This document shows positions 39,250 through 50,055 of a stretch of 64,000 bases of DNA, piece by piece. Under the pieces are notes generated by a model. It was not told the DNA's origin. It ran no database searches and saw only the letters and a list, made by a program, of their open reading frames with translations. Both the position numbers and the translations under genes were made by a program. The stretch is from Tagaea sp. CACIAM 22H2 (GTDB lineage Bacteria > Pseudomonadota > Alphaproteobacteria > CACIAM-22H2): assembly GCA_014444615.1 (NCBI GenBank), contig PVXE01000018.1, forward strand, positions 246-64,245. The letters are read 5' to 3'. Every line of letters begins with the position of its first letter. Position 1 is the first letter of the stretch.

Positions 39250-40409
39250 TTTAGCAAAGGCTCCAGTCGGTCGAGGGCGGTTTCGAGTTTATCGTGCCCG
39301 ATGGCGAAGCATAGCCGCACCCAGCCCTCGCCCTCCGGGCCGAAAGCGCGGCCGGGGGCCAGGCCCACATTCGCCTCGCGCACCACGCGTTTGCAGAATT
39401 CGACCGAGTCGGTCATCCCCTGCACTTGGAAGAAGGAATAGAACGCGGCTTGCGCGCGCGCCGTGCGAACCTTCGGGAATTTCGTCAGGCGGTTATGCAC
39501 GATATCGCGCGCCTTGGCGTAATGCGCGCGAAGGTCGCGCACGAAATCCTCCTGCTGCAGCGCGACGATGCCCGCGCGTTGCGTCATCGTGTTGGCGCCG
39601 GAGGTATTGAACTCGATGATCTTGCCCAGCGTGTCGACGACGCCTTCGGGGGCCACCAGCCAGCCCATGCGCCAGCCGGTCATGCACCAGCTTTTGGAGA
39701 ACGAGTTGACGCTGATCACCGGATCGCCAGGTTGTGCGAAATCCAAGAGCGAGGGCGCGTAGTCGCCGTCATAGACCAGGCGTTCGTAAACGTCGTCGCC
39801 GATCGCCCATATGTTCCGCGCGCGGCAGAATTCGACGACGGCTTTGAGCTCGTCTTTGGTGGCAAGCCAGCCCGTGGGATTGCCCGGCGAATTCAGGAAA
39901 ATCGCCTTGGTGCGCGCATCGCAGGCCGCGAACAGTCTGTCGAGATCAAGCGACCAGCCGGCGTTGTCGGTGAAGCGCAAGGCGACGCGCCGCACTTCGC
40001 CGTTCAGGTGATCGCACGCATCGGCCGCGTTGGGCCACAACGGCACGGCGAACACGACATTGTCGCCGGGATCGACGATCAGCTGCATCGCCATCTGGAT
40101 CGCCGAATTGCCCGACGACGTGACCGCGATGCGCTCGGGCCCGATCTTCAGCCTGCGCAGGCGCGACACGTAAGCCGCGATCGCTTCACGCAATTCGCTG
40201 CGGCCCAGGCTCGACGAATAATAGTGATAGCCCTGGTCGAGCGCCTCGTGCGCCGCCGTCACCACCGCGGGTGCGGGCGGGCGATCTCCCTCGCCGAACC
40301 ACAGCGGAATCAAGCCGGGCTTATCCATCGCGTCTTTGGAGACTTCGCGGATCAGCGAGCCGAGCAGGTTCTCGGATTTCGGACGCAGCGGGAAATTCGG
40401 CATGGACAC
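39246..40409 (-). CDS. Class I/II pyridoxal-phosphate aminotransferase (aspartate-aminotransferase-like).
   Basis: SFSKSWCMTGWRMGW lysine motif and NPGNPTG block. TCAT overlap with the kinase gene. Confidence 0.85.
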   Translation of the reverse strand: MSMPNFPLRPKSENLLGSLIREVSKDAMDKPGLIPLWFGEGDRPPAPAVVTAAHEALDQGYHYYSSSLGRSELREAIAAYVSRLRRLKIGPERIAVTSSGNSAIQMAMQLIVDPGDNVVFAVPLWPNAADACDHLNGEVRRVALRFTDNAGWSLDLDRLFAACDARTKAIFLNSPGNPTGWLATKDELKAVVEFCRARNIWAIGDDVYERLVYDGDYAPSLLDFAQPGDPVISVNSFSKSWCMTGWRMGWLVAPEGVVDTLGKIIEFNTSGANTMTQRAGIVALQQEDFVRDLRAHYAKARDIVHNRLTKFPKVRTARAQAAFYSFFQVQGMTDSVEFCKRVVREANVGLAPGRAFGPEGEGWVRLCFAIGHDKLETALDRLEPLLK

Positions 40410-40486
40410 GCGGGGGCCAGGGTCGGCGGGAACGGGCCCTTCTTATAGGGCTCCATCCCCCGCCCCAACAACCCCCGGCGCCGGAT

Positions 40487-41107
40487 TTAGCGTTCGGTCA
40501 GCGCCAGTTTGGCGCCCAACAGGGCGAAAGTCGCGGCAAAGCCCCGGCGCATCCAAGCAAGCACCGCGGGCCGGGTCAAAATCCGGTCGCGCACCGCCGC
40601 CGCGAACAGGCCGTAGAGCGCGAACACGGCGAAAGTCATCGCCATGAATACCGCACTCATGCCCAGCATCTGCCCGACCGCGCCGGGCGCATCGGCGGCG
40701 ACGAATTGGGGCAGAAAGGCGAAGAAGAAGATCGAGAGCTTGGGATTGAGCAGATTGATCGCCACCGCTTCCAAGGTCACGGCCAGGAAGCCTTGGCGCG
40801 CACTGCGGCCCGCGGTCAGGCTGAGCGCGCCCTTGTCGCGCCAGGTCTGCCACGCCATCCACAGCAGATAAACGACGCCCGCGTATTTCACGACATCGAA
40901 GGCGAGCGCGCTGGCGTGCAGCAACGCGGCAAGGCCGGTGATCGCCGCCAGCATATGCGGCACAATCCCGAGTGTGCAGCCGAACGCGGCCACCACGCTC
41001 GCCTTGCCGCCGCGCGCCAATCCGGCGGCAACGGTGTAGATCATGCCCGTGCCGGGCGTGGCCACGACGACGAGCGCCACGATCAGGAATTCGGCGCTCA
41101 TCGTCAT
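40487..41107 (-). CDS. LysE/RhtB-family amino-acid exporter.
   Basis: 206 aa, six TM helices, with the typical N-terminus FLIVALVVVATPGTGMIYTVAAGL. Confidence 0.8.
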   Translation of the reverse strand: MTMSAEFLIVALVVVATPGTGMIYTVAAGLARGGKASVVAAFGCTLGIVPHMLAAITGLAALLHASALAFDVVKYAGVVYLLWMAWQTWRDKGALSLTAGRSARQGFLAVTLEAVAINLLNPKLSIFFFAFLPQFVAADAPGAVGQMLGMSAVFMAMTFAVFALYGLFAAAVRDRILTRPAVLAWMRRGFAATFALLGAKLALTER

Positions 41108-41119
41108 GGTGCGTTCCCC

Positions 41120-42862
41120 TTAGTGGCTTTCGCGGCCGATCGGCGCGCCGGAATTTCCGACCAGGAAATCGAGATCCACGCCCGTGTCGGCCTGGGTCAC
41201 ATGGTCGACGTAGAGCTTAACCCAGCCGCGCGCTTCGTGCACGGGCGGGCCCTTCCACTGCTTGCGGCGCTTTTCGAGCTCGGCGTCGGAAACATGCATC
41301 TTCAACAGGCGCTTGGACACGTCGAGTTCGACGATGTCGCCGCTTTTGATCAGCGCCAGCGGGCCGCCGGCGGCGGCTTCCGGGGCCGTGTGCAGCACGA
41401 CCGTGCCATAGGCCGTGCCCGACATGCGCGCGTCCGAGATGCGCACCATATCGGAGACGCCCTGCTTCAGCAGCTTCTGCGGCAGAGCGAAATTGCCGAC
41501 TTCCGGGAAGCCCGGATAGCCCTTCGGCCCGCAATTCTTCAGCACCAGGATGCAGTTCTTGTCGACGTCCAGCTTGGGATCGTCGATGCGGCGGTTGTAG
41601 TCGTCGATATCCTCGAACACCACCGCACGACCCTTGTGCTTCATCAAGGCGGGCGTGGCGGCGGACGGCTTCAGCACGGCGCCGTTGGGGGCGAGATTGC
41701 CGCGCAGCACCGCGATGCCGCCCTGCTTCTTGAACGGCTTCTTGCGCGGCGTGATGACCTTCTCGTTCCAGTTCTTGGCGTCCTTGACGTTTTCCCAGAT
41801 CGTCTTGCCGTTGACGGTCAGCGCCTTCTTGTGGAGCTTGTCGCCCATCTCGCGCAGCACCACGGGCAAGCCGCCGGCGTAGTAGAAATCCTCCATCAGG
41901 TATTTGCCCGACGGCATCAGATCGACGAGGCAAGGCACCTCGCGGCCCAGACGGTCCCAATCGGCGAGCGTGAGGTCCACACCCATGCGGCCGGCGATGG
42001 CCAGCAAATGCACGACCGCGTTGGTCGAGCCGCCGATGGCGCCGTTGGCGACGATCGCGTTCTCGAACGCTTCCTTGGTCAGCACCTTCGAGAGTTTGAG
42101 GTTCTCCTTCACCATTTCGACCGCGCGCCGCCCGGTCATATGGGCGAGCACTTTGCGGCGGGAATCGGCCGCCGGAATCGCGGCGTTGGTCGGCAGCGCC
42201 AGGCCCAACGCCTCCATCATCGACGCCATGGTCGACGCGGTGCCCATCGTCATGCAGTGGCCGACGGAACGCGACATGCAGGCTTCCGCCTCGATCATGT
42301 CGTTCGTGTCCATCTCGCCCTTCTTCATCAACTCGGTGAATTTCCACACATGCGTGCCCGAGCCAATCTGCTGGTCGCGCCAGCGGCCGTTGAGCATCGG
42401 CCCGCCCGACAGCGCGATGGTCGGCAGATCGCACGACGCCGCCCCCATGACGAGGGCCGGCGTGGTCTTGTCGCAGCCCACCAGCAGCACGACGCCGTCG
42501 ATCGGATTGCCGCGGATCGATTCCTCGACGTCCATCGAAGCGAGATTGCGGAACAGCATCGTCGTCGGGCGCATCAGCGTTTCGCCCAGGCTCATCACCG
42601 GGAATTCCAGCGGGAACCCGCCCATTTCCAGCACGCCGCGCTTCACGCTTTCGGCCAGATCGCGGAAATGCGCGTTGCAGGGCGTCAGTTCCGACCAGGT
42701 GTTGCAGATGCCGATGACCGGGCGGCCGTCGAACATGTGATGCGGCAAGCCCTGATTCTTCATCCAAGAACGATGCATCAGCCCGTCGCGGTCGGTGCGG
42801 CCGAACCATTCCTTGGAACGCAGTTCGCCTTTTTTGAAATGACGTTTTTTCGTGTCGGCCAT
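41120..42862 (-). CDS. IlvD/EDD-family sugar-acid dehydratase (pentonate/aldonate dehydratase-like; start at MADTKKRH).
   Basis: Conserved blocks CN.HF, GCDKTTPA, SGGPML, GHCMTMGTASTM and GGSTNA. It aligns with D-xylonate and L-arabonate dehydratases. Confidence 0.85.
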   Translation of the reverse strand: MADTKKRHFKKGELRSKEWFGRTDRDGLMHRSWMKNQGLPHHMFDGRPVIGICNTWSELTPCNAHFRDLAESVKRGVLEMGGFPLEFPVMSLGETLMRPTTMLFRNLASMDVEESIRGNPIDGVVLLVGCDKTTPALVMGAASCDLPTIALSGGPMLNGRWRDQQIGSGTHVWKFTELMKKGEMDTNDMIEAEACMSRSVGHCMTMGTASTMASMMEALGLALPTNAAIPAADSRRKVLAHMTGRRAVEMVKENLKLSKVLTKEAFENAIVANGAIGGSTNAVVHLLAIAGRMGVDLTLADWDRLGREVPCLVDLMPSGKYLMEDFYYAGGLPVVLREMGDKLHKKALTVNGKTIWENVKDAKNWNEKVITPRKKPFKKQGGIAVLRGNLAPNGAVLKPSAATPALMKHKGRAVVFEDIDDYNRRIDDPKLDVDKNCILVLKNCGPKGYPGFPEVGNFALPQKLLKQGVSDMVRISDARMSGTAYGTVVLHTAPEAAAGGPLALIKSGDIVELDVSKRLLKMHVSDAELEKRRKQWKGPPVHEARGWVKLYVDHVTQADTGVDLDFLVGNSGAPIGRESH

Positions 42863-42954
42863 GGTTTCCCCCGGAAAATTCGGTCGCAATCCTAATCCGG
42901 CATTCATCGTATGAAAAGAGGCGTCGTGCGACTCGTGTTAGGGTCGCCCCCGCC

Positions 42955-44058
42955 ATGCGAATCGCCTTCGTCAATCCGAACCTGTCGCACGATTACGACG
43001 CCGATACGCCGTTCGAGGCGCCGTTGCCCGGCTCCGAATCGGCACAGGTCTATCTCGCACTTGCGTTGGCGGCGCGCGGCCACGACGTCGTGCTGTTCAC
43101 CGGCACGACGCGCGGGGACCGGCGCCTGCGCGGACTCGGCCAGGCGCGCTGGACCGGCGCGTTACCCGGCGACTGGGACGCGATTTTCGTGACCTCGGCG
43201 CCCGAACTCGTGCCCGCCTTGCGCGCCGCCCACCCGAACCCGCCGATTTTCGCCTGGGCGCATAACGTGTTCGTGCCCGGCACCGAGGAAGACGCCGCAT
43301 TGAAGGCCATCGCAGGCCCGCGCGACCGCATCGTTTGCGTGTCGAACTGGCACAAAACGAATTTCACCGATTACGGCGTCGCCGCGGATCGCATCGTGGT
43401 GCTCGGCAACGCGATCGGTCCGGCCTTCGAGAATATGTTCGCCCCCGGCGAGAGCATCGTCGCGGCCAAAGCCCGGCCGCCGCGCGCTTCGTTCACGTCG
43501 GTACCCTATAAGGGCCTGAAGCAAGCGCTCGCCTTCTTCAAGGATCTGCGCGCGGCGCGCGCCGACATCTCGCTAGACGTGTTTTCGAGCTTCGATTTCT
43601 ACCCGGCCAATAATTTCTTCCGCCATCAGCCCAGCTGGAAATTCCTGGCGCAGGAGGCGAAGAACGCGCCCGGCGTCGTCTCGCACGGCAATGTGCCGCA
43701 AGCCGAACTCGCCAAGGCGTTGAAAGCCTCGCTGCTGCTGTTCTATCCGAACGTCGCCGCCGAAACCGCGTCGATCGCGACGATGGAGGCGATGGCGGCG
43801 GGTTGCGTGGTCATCACCACGGCCTTGGGCGCCTTGCCGGAGACGACGGGGGAGTTCGGCATCCTCGCCCCCGTGGTCGACAAAAACATCGACCCTCAGG
43901 CCTATGTGAATGCTGCCAGCGCTATCATCGACGCGTTCGCGCAAAACAACCCGGCTTTGGATGCGCGGCTGCGCCTGCAGGTCGATTGGGTCAACCGCAC
44001 CTATCGCTGGTCGGCGCGCGCCGCGCAGGCCGAGGCGATGATCGGAGGGATCGCATGA
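42955..44058 (+). CDS. Glycosyltransferase family 4-like.
   Basis: GT-B fold with a C-terminal E..E motif region (ETASIATMEAMAAGCVVI). Confidence 0.65.
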   Translation: MRIAFVNPNLSHDYDADTPFEAPLPGSESAQVYLALALAARGHDVVLFTGTTRGDRRLRGLGQARWTGALPGDWDAIFVTSAPELVPALRAAHPNPPIFAWAHNVFVPGTEEDAALKAIAGPRDRIVCVSNWHKTNFTDYGVAADRIVVLGNAIGPAFENMFAPGESIVAAKARPPRASFTSVPYKGLKQALAFFKDLRAARADISLDVFSSFDFYPANNFFRHQPSWKFLAQEAKNAPGVVSHGNVPQAELAKALKASLLLFYPNVAAETASIATMEAMAAGCVVITTALGALPETTGEFGILAPVVDKNIDPQAYVNAASAIIDAFAQNNPALDARLRLQVDWVNRTYRWSARAAQAEAMIGGIA

Positions 44059-44414
44059 TCGCGGTGATTTTCGAGGTGCGCCCCGCCGAAGGGCGCAAGC
44101 AGGATTATCTCGACTTCGCCGCCGCCTTGCGCGCCGATCTGATGGCGAGCGACGGCTTCATCTCGGTCGAGCGATTCCAGAGCCTGACCGACGACGGCAA
44201 AATGCTGTCGCTGTCCTTCTGGCGCGACGAGGCCGCCGTGCAGGCGTGGCGAAACCGCCCCGGCCACCGTGCAGCGCAGGCCGCCGGACGCACCGGCATT
44301 TTCGCCGATTACCGTTTGCGCGTGGCGGGCGTGATTCGCGATTACGGCCTGAACGTGCGCGATCAGGCGCCGGCGGATTCCCGCGCGGCGCACGATCCCG
44401 GTTTCACGCTTTAG
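44055..44414 (+). CDS. ABM (antibiotic-biosynthesis-monooxygenase)-like small protein.
   Basis: About 119 aa. ATGA overlap with the glycosyltransferase gene. The ferredoxin-like ABM pattern (FISVERFQS...LSLSFWRDEAAVQAW) is present. Confidence 0.5.
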   Translation: MIAVIFEVRPAEGRKQDYLDFAAALRADLMASDGFISVERFQSLTDDGKMLSLSFWRDEAAVQAWRNRPGHRAAQAAGRTGIFADYRLRVAGVIRDYGLNVRDQAPADSRAAHDPGFTL

Positions 44415-45267
44415 CGGCCAGTGCCGCGCGCCGCATCGCGACGATGCCGCAAATGCAGATCAGCGTGGCGCCAACCACCGTCCATTGGCCGGGCACATCG
44501 CCATAGACGAGCCAGCCCAGCAGCGTCGCGAAAACCACCAGCAGGTAGTTATAGGGTTGAAGGTCGCTGGCCGGCGCCAGCGCCAGCGCCCGGATCACGC
44601 AGATATGCGCGAGGCCCCCGAGTGCCCCGCCCAGAATCAGCCAGAACCAGCCGATCGCGTCGGGCGCGCGCCAATCGAAATAGGCGAGTACGGCGGCGAT
44701 GACGAAGCCGACGATCGGCGTGTGCAGTGTCGTCACGTCGGTCGAATCCTTGCTGGCGATCATGCGCGTCAGCGCCTGATACAGGCCCCAAGTGGCCGTC
44801 GCGGCGACGGCGATCCACATCGCGGGGCCGAGATTCTGGAAGGCCGGCCCGATCACCAGCAGCGCGCCAATCAACCCGCCGGCGACCAGGCCCCAGCCGA
44901 TCGGATCGACTTTCTCTTTGAGGAAGATCGCCGCCGCCGCCGTGGCGAACAACGGCGCCGACGCCGCGACCGCGTGGACTTCGGCCAGCGGCAGATATTT
45001 GAACGAGAGGATGAAACACACCATCTCGACCAGCAGCACGAAGGTGCGCAGCGCCTGCCACCAGGGCGCGCGGCTTTCCAGCACCAGCCAAGGCCCGCGC
45101 TTGGCGATCAGGCACGCGATCGCGATGAACACCACGAAGCGGATCGCCATGATCTGCTGGATCGCGTAGCCCTGCGTCAGCGATTTGTTCAGCGCGTCCA
45201 TCGACGCGAAAAACGCCATCGCCGCGATCATCAGGAAGACCGCGCGCAGGCCGTCGGATCGCGGCAT
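44404..45267 (-). CDS. EamA/DMT-family transporter.
   Basis: Ten TM helices. TCAT overlap with the formate-tetrahydrofolate ligase gene. Confidence 0.7.
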   Translation of the reverse strand: MPRSDGLRAVFLMIAAMAFFASMDALNKSLTQGYAIQQIMAIRFVVFIAIACLIAKRGPWLVLESRAPWWQALRTFVLLVEMVCFILSFKYLPLAEVHAVAASAPLFATAAAAIFLKEKVDPIGWGLVAGGLIGALLVIGPAFQNLGPAMWIAVAATATWGLYQALTRMIASKDSTDVTTLHTPIVGFVIAAVLAYFDWRAPDAIGWFWLILGGALGGLAHICVIRALALAPASDLQPYNYLLVVFATLLGWLVYGDVPGQWTVVGATLICICGIVAMRRAALAAKA

Positions 45268-46925
45268 CAAAATATCCCGTCGATCTCGCCCTCGGGCGTC
45301 AGGCCGATCGCTTCGGCGGCCGGGATTTTCGGCAAACCCGGCATGGTCATCACGTCGCCCGCCAGCGCCACGACGAAACCCGCCCCGGCGGACAAGCGCA
45401 CTTCGCGCACCGGCAGCGTGTGGCCGGTGGGCGCCCCCTTCAACTCCGGATCGGCGGAGAAGGAATACTGCGTCTTCGCCATGCAGACCGGGAATTTGCC
45501 GAAGCCCGCTTCTTCGATGGCTTTGAGGCGCTTGGACGCGGCCGACGCGAAGCTGACGCCCGACGCGCGATAGATTTCGCGCGCGATGGTCTCGATCTTG
45601 GTTTTGAGCGGGGCGTCGTCGGGATAAAGGAATTTGAACTTCGCTTCGCCCTTGTCGATCTGGGCGACGGCTTCGCACGCGAGCTCTTCCGCCCCCGCAC
45701 CGCCATCGGCCCAATGCTTGGCGCGGATCGCCTTGGTGCCGGCCGCCGCGCAGGCCTTTTCAATCGCCGTCCATTCGGCGGCGGTGTCCGACGTGAAGGC
45801 GTTGATCGCGACCAGCACGGGAAGCCCGAATTTCTTCAAATTCTCGACATGGCGCAGCAAATTGGCGAGGCCCTTCTCGACCGCGCCGACGTCTTCGCGC
45901 GTCAGTTCCTTGGCATCCGCGCCGCCTTGCAGCTTCAAGGCGCGCACCGTGGCCACCACGACCGCGAGATCGGGCGTCAGACCCGCTTGGCGGCATTTGA
46001 TGTCGAGGAATTTCTCGGCGCCGAGATCCGCGCCGAAGCCGGCCTCCGTGACCACGTAATCGGCGAGCGACAAGGCCGTCGTCGTCGCGGCGACCGAGTT
46101 GCAGCCATGCGCGATATTCGCGAACGGCCCGCCATGGACGAGGACGGGATTGCCTTCCAGCGTTTGCACCAGATTGGGCTTGATCGCGTCCTTCAGCAGC
46201 GCGGCCATGGCACCCTGCGCTTTCAGGTCGGCGGCGGTGACATAGCCGCCTTCCTTGCGCTCGGCGACGACGACGCGCGACAGACGCGCCTGCAGATCCG
46301 CCATATCCTTGGCGAGGCAGAAAATCGCCATCACCTCCGACGCGGTCGTGATGTCGAAACGGCCCTGGCGCACGGCGCCGTTGCCCGCCCCTAAACCCAT
46401 CACCAGATCGCGCAGCGACCGGTCGTTCATATCCATCACGCGCGGCCACACGACGCGCTTGGGATCGATCGCGGGTGCTTTGCCCCAATAGACGTGATTG
46501 TCGATCAGTGCCGCGAGCAGATTATGCGCCGTGCCGATCGCGTGGATGTCGCCGGTGAAATGCAGATTGATGTCGGCCATCGGCACGATCTGGGCGTGGC
46601 CGCCGCCGGTCGCCCCGCCCTTCTGACCGAAGCAGGGGCCGAGCGAAGGCTCGCGCAACGCGATCGCCGTACGTTTGCCAATACGGTTGAGCGCGTCGCC
46701 CAAACCGATCGTCGTGGTCGTCTTGCCTTCGCCTGCTTTGGTTGGGTTGATGGCGGTGACGAGGATCAGTTTGCCGCGCTTGCCCGATTTGGGCAGCAGG
46801 CCGGTATCGATTTTCGCCTTGGCGCGGCCGTAGGGCTCGATCGCCGCTTCGGGAATGCCGATCTTGGCGGCGACTTCCGCGAGCGGGCGCAACGTCGCCT
46901 TGCGGGCGATCTCGATATCGGACAT
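45267..46925 (-). CDS. fhs: Formate--tetrahydrofolate ligase.
   Basis: 552 aa. The N-terminus [15 protein letters not shown] and the P-loop [15 protein letters not shown] are typical. Confidence 0.9.
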   Translation of the reverse strand: MSDIEIARKATLRPLAEVAAKIGIPEAAIEPYGRAKAKIDTGLLPKSGKRGKLILVTAINPTKAGEGKTTTTIGLGDALNRIGKRTAIALREPSLGPCFGQKGGATGGGHAQIVPMADINLHFTGDIHAIGTAHNLLAALIDNHVYWGKAPAIDPKRVVWPRVMDMNDRSLRDLVMGLGAGNGAVRQGRFDITTASEVMAIFCLAKDMADLQARLSRVVVAERKEGGYVTAADLKAQGAMAALLKDAIKPNLVQTLEGNPVLVHGGPFANIAHGCNSVAATTTALSLADYVVTEAGFGADLGAEKFLDIKCRQAGLTPDLAVVVATVRALKLQGGADAKELTREDVGAVEKGLANLLRHVENLKKFGLPVLVAINAFTSDTAAEWTAIEKACAAAGTKAIRAKHWADGGAGAEELACEAVAQIDKGEAKFKFLYPDDAPLKTKIETIAREIYRASGVSFASAASKRLKAIEEAGFGKFPVCMAKTQYSFSADPELKGAPTGHTLPVREVRLSAGAGFVVALAGDVMTMPGLPKIPAAEAIGLTPEGEIDGIF

Positions 46926-46947
46926 CGGATGCGTTTCCTTCGTTGTC

Positions 46948-48639
46948 TCAGCGCGCTTGCGCGGCTTGGCGTTTCAGCGCCGCTTCGCGGATGGCGGTCA
47001 TCGTCGTGCGCGTGGTGATGATTTCGGGATCGATCTTCAGTGCCAGCAGCGCGGTGCGCCGTGCGGCGATGGCACGCTCCAGTGCCGGCATGAAATCCTC
47101 GGTCCGCGTCACTTCTTCGGCATGGGCGCCCAGCGATTTGGCGAGCCCGACGAAGTCGGGGCTCTTCAAATCCGTGCCAACGACGCGCGCGGGATGCTCG
47201 CGTTCCTGATGCATGCGGATCGTGCCGTAGATGCCGTTGTCGAACACAAGGATGATCGGCGATGCGCCATATTGCACGGCGGTCGCGATCTCCAGCCCCG
47301 ACATCATGAACCCGCCATCGCCGATCATGCCGAGCACGAGGCGATCGGGATGCACGAGCGACGCCGCGACGGCCGCCGGCACCGAATAGCCCATGGCGCC
47401 GGACGTCGGCCCGACCAAGCGCGCGGGGCGCTTGAACGGCAGGAAGCGCATCGGCCAGCCCGTGTGGTTGCCGGCATCGACCGTGACGACATAGCTTTCG
47501 ACGTGGCGCGACGTCGCGAGTTCGCGCATCGCGCGGCCCATATCGAGCTCGCCGTTATAGGGATTGGGCACGAGCGATTTTTCGAAATCGGCGCGCGCGG
47601 CTTGCGTCCATGCTTTCCACGGACGTGTTTCCAGCGGTTTCAGGGCGGCCGTGGCGAGCGCGAACGCGTTCGCGTCGGCGACGACGCCGACATCCGGGCG
47701 ATAGACGCGACCGAGTTCGTCCGGATCGGCGTGAATGTGAATGAGCGTTTGTTTGGGCTCCGGGCTTTCCAGCACGGTGTAGCCCTGCGTCGTCATCTCG
47801 CCCAGCCGCGCGCCGATCACCAGCAGCAAATCGGCTTCCTTGGCGCGTTTGACGAGTTCGGGCGGGCCCGACGTGCCGAGATCGCCGACATAAACGCGCG
47901 AATCGGGCGCGATCGCGTCCATGCGCCGGAACGACGCCGCCACCGGCAAATCGTTGGCCTCGGCGAAAGCTTGGATCGCGGCACCCGCCTCGTCCTGCCA
48001 GCCCGGCCCGCCGATGATGACCAGCGGGCGCTGGGCTTTGGCGAGGGCCGCTTGCACGCGCAGCAGATCGGAATGCGTCGGCGCGGGTTTGGCGACGCGA
48101 TAGGGTTCGGCGTCGCGCACCGTCACCACATCGGTCAGCATGTCCTCGGGCAACGCCAGCACGACCGGGCCGGGGCGGCCCGACGTCGCGGTGTGAAACG
48201 CGCGCGCCATATATTCGGGAATGCGCGACGCGTCGTCGATTTGTGCCGCCCATTTGACGACCGAGCCGAACATCTGCCGGTAGTCGATTTCTTGGAACGC
48301 TTCGCGATCCATCATGTCGCGGCCGACCTGGCCGACCAGCAGGATCATCGGCGTCGAATCCTGCATAGCCGTGTGCACGCCGACCGAAGCGTGCGTGGCA
48401 CCCGGCCCGCGCGTGACCATGCAAATGCCCGGCTTGCCGGTCAGCTTGCCATAGGCTTCGGCCATATTCGCCGCACCGGCTTCGTGTCGCGCGTTGATCA
48501 GGCGGATCGTGCGGCTGTCGTGCAGCGCGTCGAGCACTTCGAGATACGATTCCCCCGGCACGCAAAACGCCATATCGACGCCGTGAATCAGCAACTGATC
48601 GACCAGAACGCGGCCGCCGCTGCGCGGTTTGGGGGACAT
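46948..48639 (-). CDS. Thiamine-pyrophosphate-dependent enzyme of the acetolactate-synthase-like family (ALS/IlvB/Xsc-like, not oxalyl-CoA-decarboxylase-like).
   Basis: [10 protein letters not shown] block; TPP-binding GDGGF...N motif ([33 protein letters not shown]). Confidence 0.75.
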   Translation of the reverse strand: MSPKPRSGGRVLVDQLLIHGVDMAFCVPGESYLEVLDALHDSRTIRLINARHEAGAANMAEAYGKLTGKPGICMVTRGPGATHASVGVHTAMQDSTPMILLVGQVGRDMMDREAFQEIDYRQMFGSVVKWAAQIDDASRIPEYMARAFHTATSGRPGPVVLALPEDMLTDVVTVRDAEPYRVAKPAPTHSDLLRVQAALAKAQRPLVIIGGPGWQDEAGAAIQAFAEANDLPVAASFRRMDAIAPDSRVYVGDLGTSGPPELVKRAKEADLLLVIGARLGEMTTQGYTVLESPEPKQTLIHIHADPDELGRVYRPDVGVVADANAFALATAALKPLETRPWKAWTQAARADFEKSLVPNPYNGELDMGRAMRELATSRHVESYVVTVDAGNHTGWPMRFLPFKRPARLVGPTSGAMGYSVPAAVAASLVHPDRLVLGMIGDGGFMMSGLEIATAVQYGASPIILVFDNGIYGTIRMHQEREHPARVVGTDLKSPDFVGLAKSLGAHAEEVTRTEDFMPALERAIAARRTALLALKIDPEIITTRTTMTAIREAALKRQAAQAR

Positions 48640-48721
48640 GCGTTACCTCCGAAAAACAGAGCGGCAGTTAACAAGCGGGCCGCGATGGACGCAAGGGTCG
48701 CCGCAGGGCTATTTTGCCGCG

Positions 48722-49162
48722 ATGGACGAAATACCCGAATGGATGGCGCCCGCGGGCGACAGCGCGTTTCGCGACTTGATCGGCTACTTTCCCCGCGTTT
48801 GGCGGGAAAACTACGTGGAAATGGTGTTGGCGCTGGAAGAACGCCACCGCAACCGTTCCGGCATCGCGCATGGCGGCGTGGTGGCGACGATGGTGGACGT
48901 CGCCGGGGGATTCGCGGGCTGCTTCTGCCCGCATCCCGGCCGCGTACGCCGCGCCTCCACCCTGTCGCTGACGACGCAATTCATCGGGCCTGCGCGAATC
49001 GGCCGCACATTGATCGCGACGGGCCGCACACGGCCCGGCGGCAAGTCGATCTATTTCGCGACGATCGAAATCGTCGACGACGAAGGCAAGGCCGTGGCGA
49101 CGGGCGAAGCCGTTTACAAATACCGCCCCGGCAGCGAAACCTTGGAAGGCGTGGCGCGTTGA
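48722..49162 (+). CDS. PaaI/4HBT-family hot-dog thioesterase.
   Basis: GIAHGGVVATMVDVAGG motif. Confidence 0.65.
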   Translation: MDEIPEWMAPAGDSAFRDLIGYFPRVWRENYVEMVLALEERHRNRSGIAHGGVVATMVDVAGGFAGCFCPHPGRVRRASTLSLTTQFIGPARIGRTLIATGRTRPGGKSIYFATIEIVDDEGKAVATGEAVYKYRPGSETLEGVAR

Positions 49163-49194
49163 ACGACACATCTCGCGCGCCGGGGCTTGGCGTG

Positions 49195-50055
49195 ATGGCG
49201 GTTGTGGTCGTGCTGTGCGCGATCTGGGGCGTCAATCAGGTCGCGATCAAATTCGGCAACACCGGCATTTCGCCGCTGTGGCAGGCGGCGCTGCGCTCCG
49301 CGGGCGGGGCGATCCTCGTGCTCCTCTGGGCGCGATTTCGCGGCATTCCGATTTTCGAGCGCGACGGCACGCTGGCGGGCGGGATCGCGGCCGGTCTGCT
49401 GTTCGGCACGGAATTCGGCCTGCTTTATTGGGCGATCGAATTCACCACGGCCGCGCGCTCGGTCGTGCTGCTCTATACCGCGCCGATCTCGCTGGCAATC
49501 GCGGCGCATTTCTTCCTGAAGGGCGACCGTTTGACGCCCCGGAAGATTCTCGGCCTGACCGCATGTTTCTTGGGCGTGGCGCTGTTGTTCGCGGATTCGC
49601 TGACCCTGCCCGACCGCAAAGGCCTGATCGGCGACGCGCTGGCTTTCGCCGCGTCGCTGTTTTGGAGTGCGTCGACCATTGTCATCAAACGTTCCAATCT
49701 CGCCACCGCGCGCGGGGAGAAGATTGGACTTTACCAATACGCGGTATCGGCCGTGCTGCTCGGTACGGTCGCATTGCTGATGGGCGAGCGCGGCATCTTC
49801 GATCCGACGCCGCTCGCGATCGGCGCCCTTGCCTTTCAGGTCGTGATCGTGGTGTTCGTCAGCTACACGATCTGGTTCGCGCTCGTGCCCGTCTATCGCG
49901 CCTCGTCGCTGGCGTCGTTCTCGTTCCTCACGCCCGTCTTTGGCGTGTTCGCGGCGCATCTGCTGCTGGGCGAGGAGTTGAAGCCCGTACTGGTGATGTC
50001 GCTCGCTTTGGTCGGGTTCGGCATCTGGACCGTCAACCGCCCGGCGAAAGCCTAA
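49195..50055 (+). CDS. EamA/DMT-family transporter (alternative TTG start at 49159).
   Basis: Ten TM helices with duplicated EamA repeats. Confidence 0.7.
   Translation: MAVVVVLCAIWGVNQVAIKFGNTGISPLWQAALRSAGGAILVLLWARFRGIPIFERDGTLAGGIAAGLLFGTEFGLLYWAIEFTTAARSVVLLYTAPISLAIAAHFFLKGDRLTPRKILGLTACFLGVALLFADSLTLPDRKGLIGDALAFAASLFWSASTIVIKRSNLATARGEKIGLYQYAVSAVLLGTVALLMGERGIFDPTPLAIGALAFQVVIVVFVSYTIWFALVPVYRASSLASFSFLTPVFGVFAAHLLLGEELKPVLVMSLALVGFGIWTVNRPAKA

Noticed and set aside
40271-42974. 874-aa plus-strand and 585-aa minus-strand ORFs overlapping the LysE/dehydratase region.
   Set aside because: The IlvD-family dehydratase frame has unmistakable conserved blocks; the other frames are artefacts.
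46948-48639. Considered calling the thiamine pyrophosphate enzyme oxalyl-CoA decarboxylase because of the adjacent fhs and CoA-transferase.
   Set aside because: The N-terminal block [10 protein letters not shown]...GQV matches ALS/IlvB/Xsc-type enzymes rather than the Oxc signature, so the oxalate interpretation is left as unproven.
46855-50055. 1066-aa plus-strand ORF spanning fhs, the thiamine enzyme, the thioesterase and an EamA gene.
   Set aside because: It is a chimeric stop-free frame across several real genes on both strands. Only its last ~290 aa (the EamA transporter, 49195..50055) is genuine.
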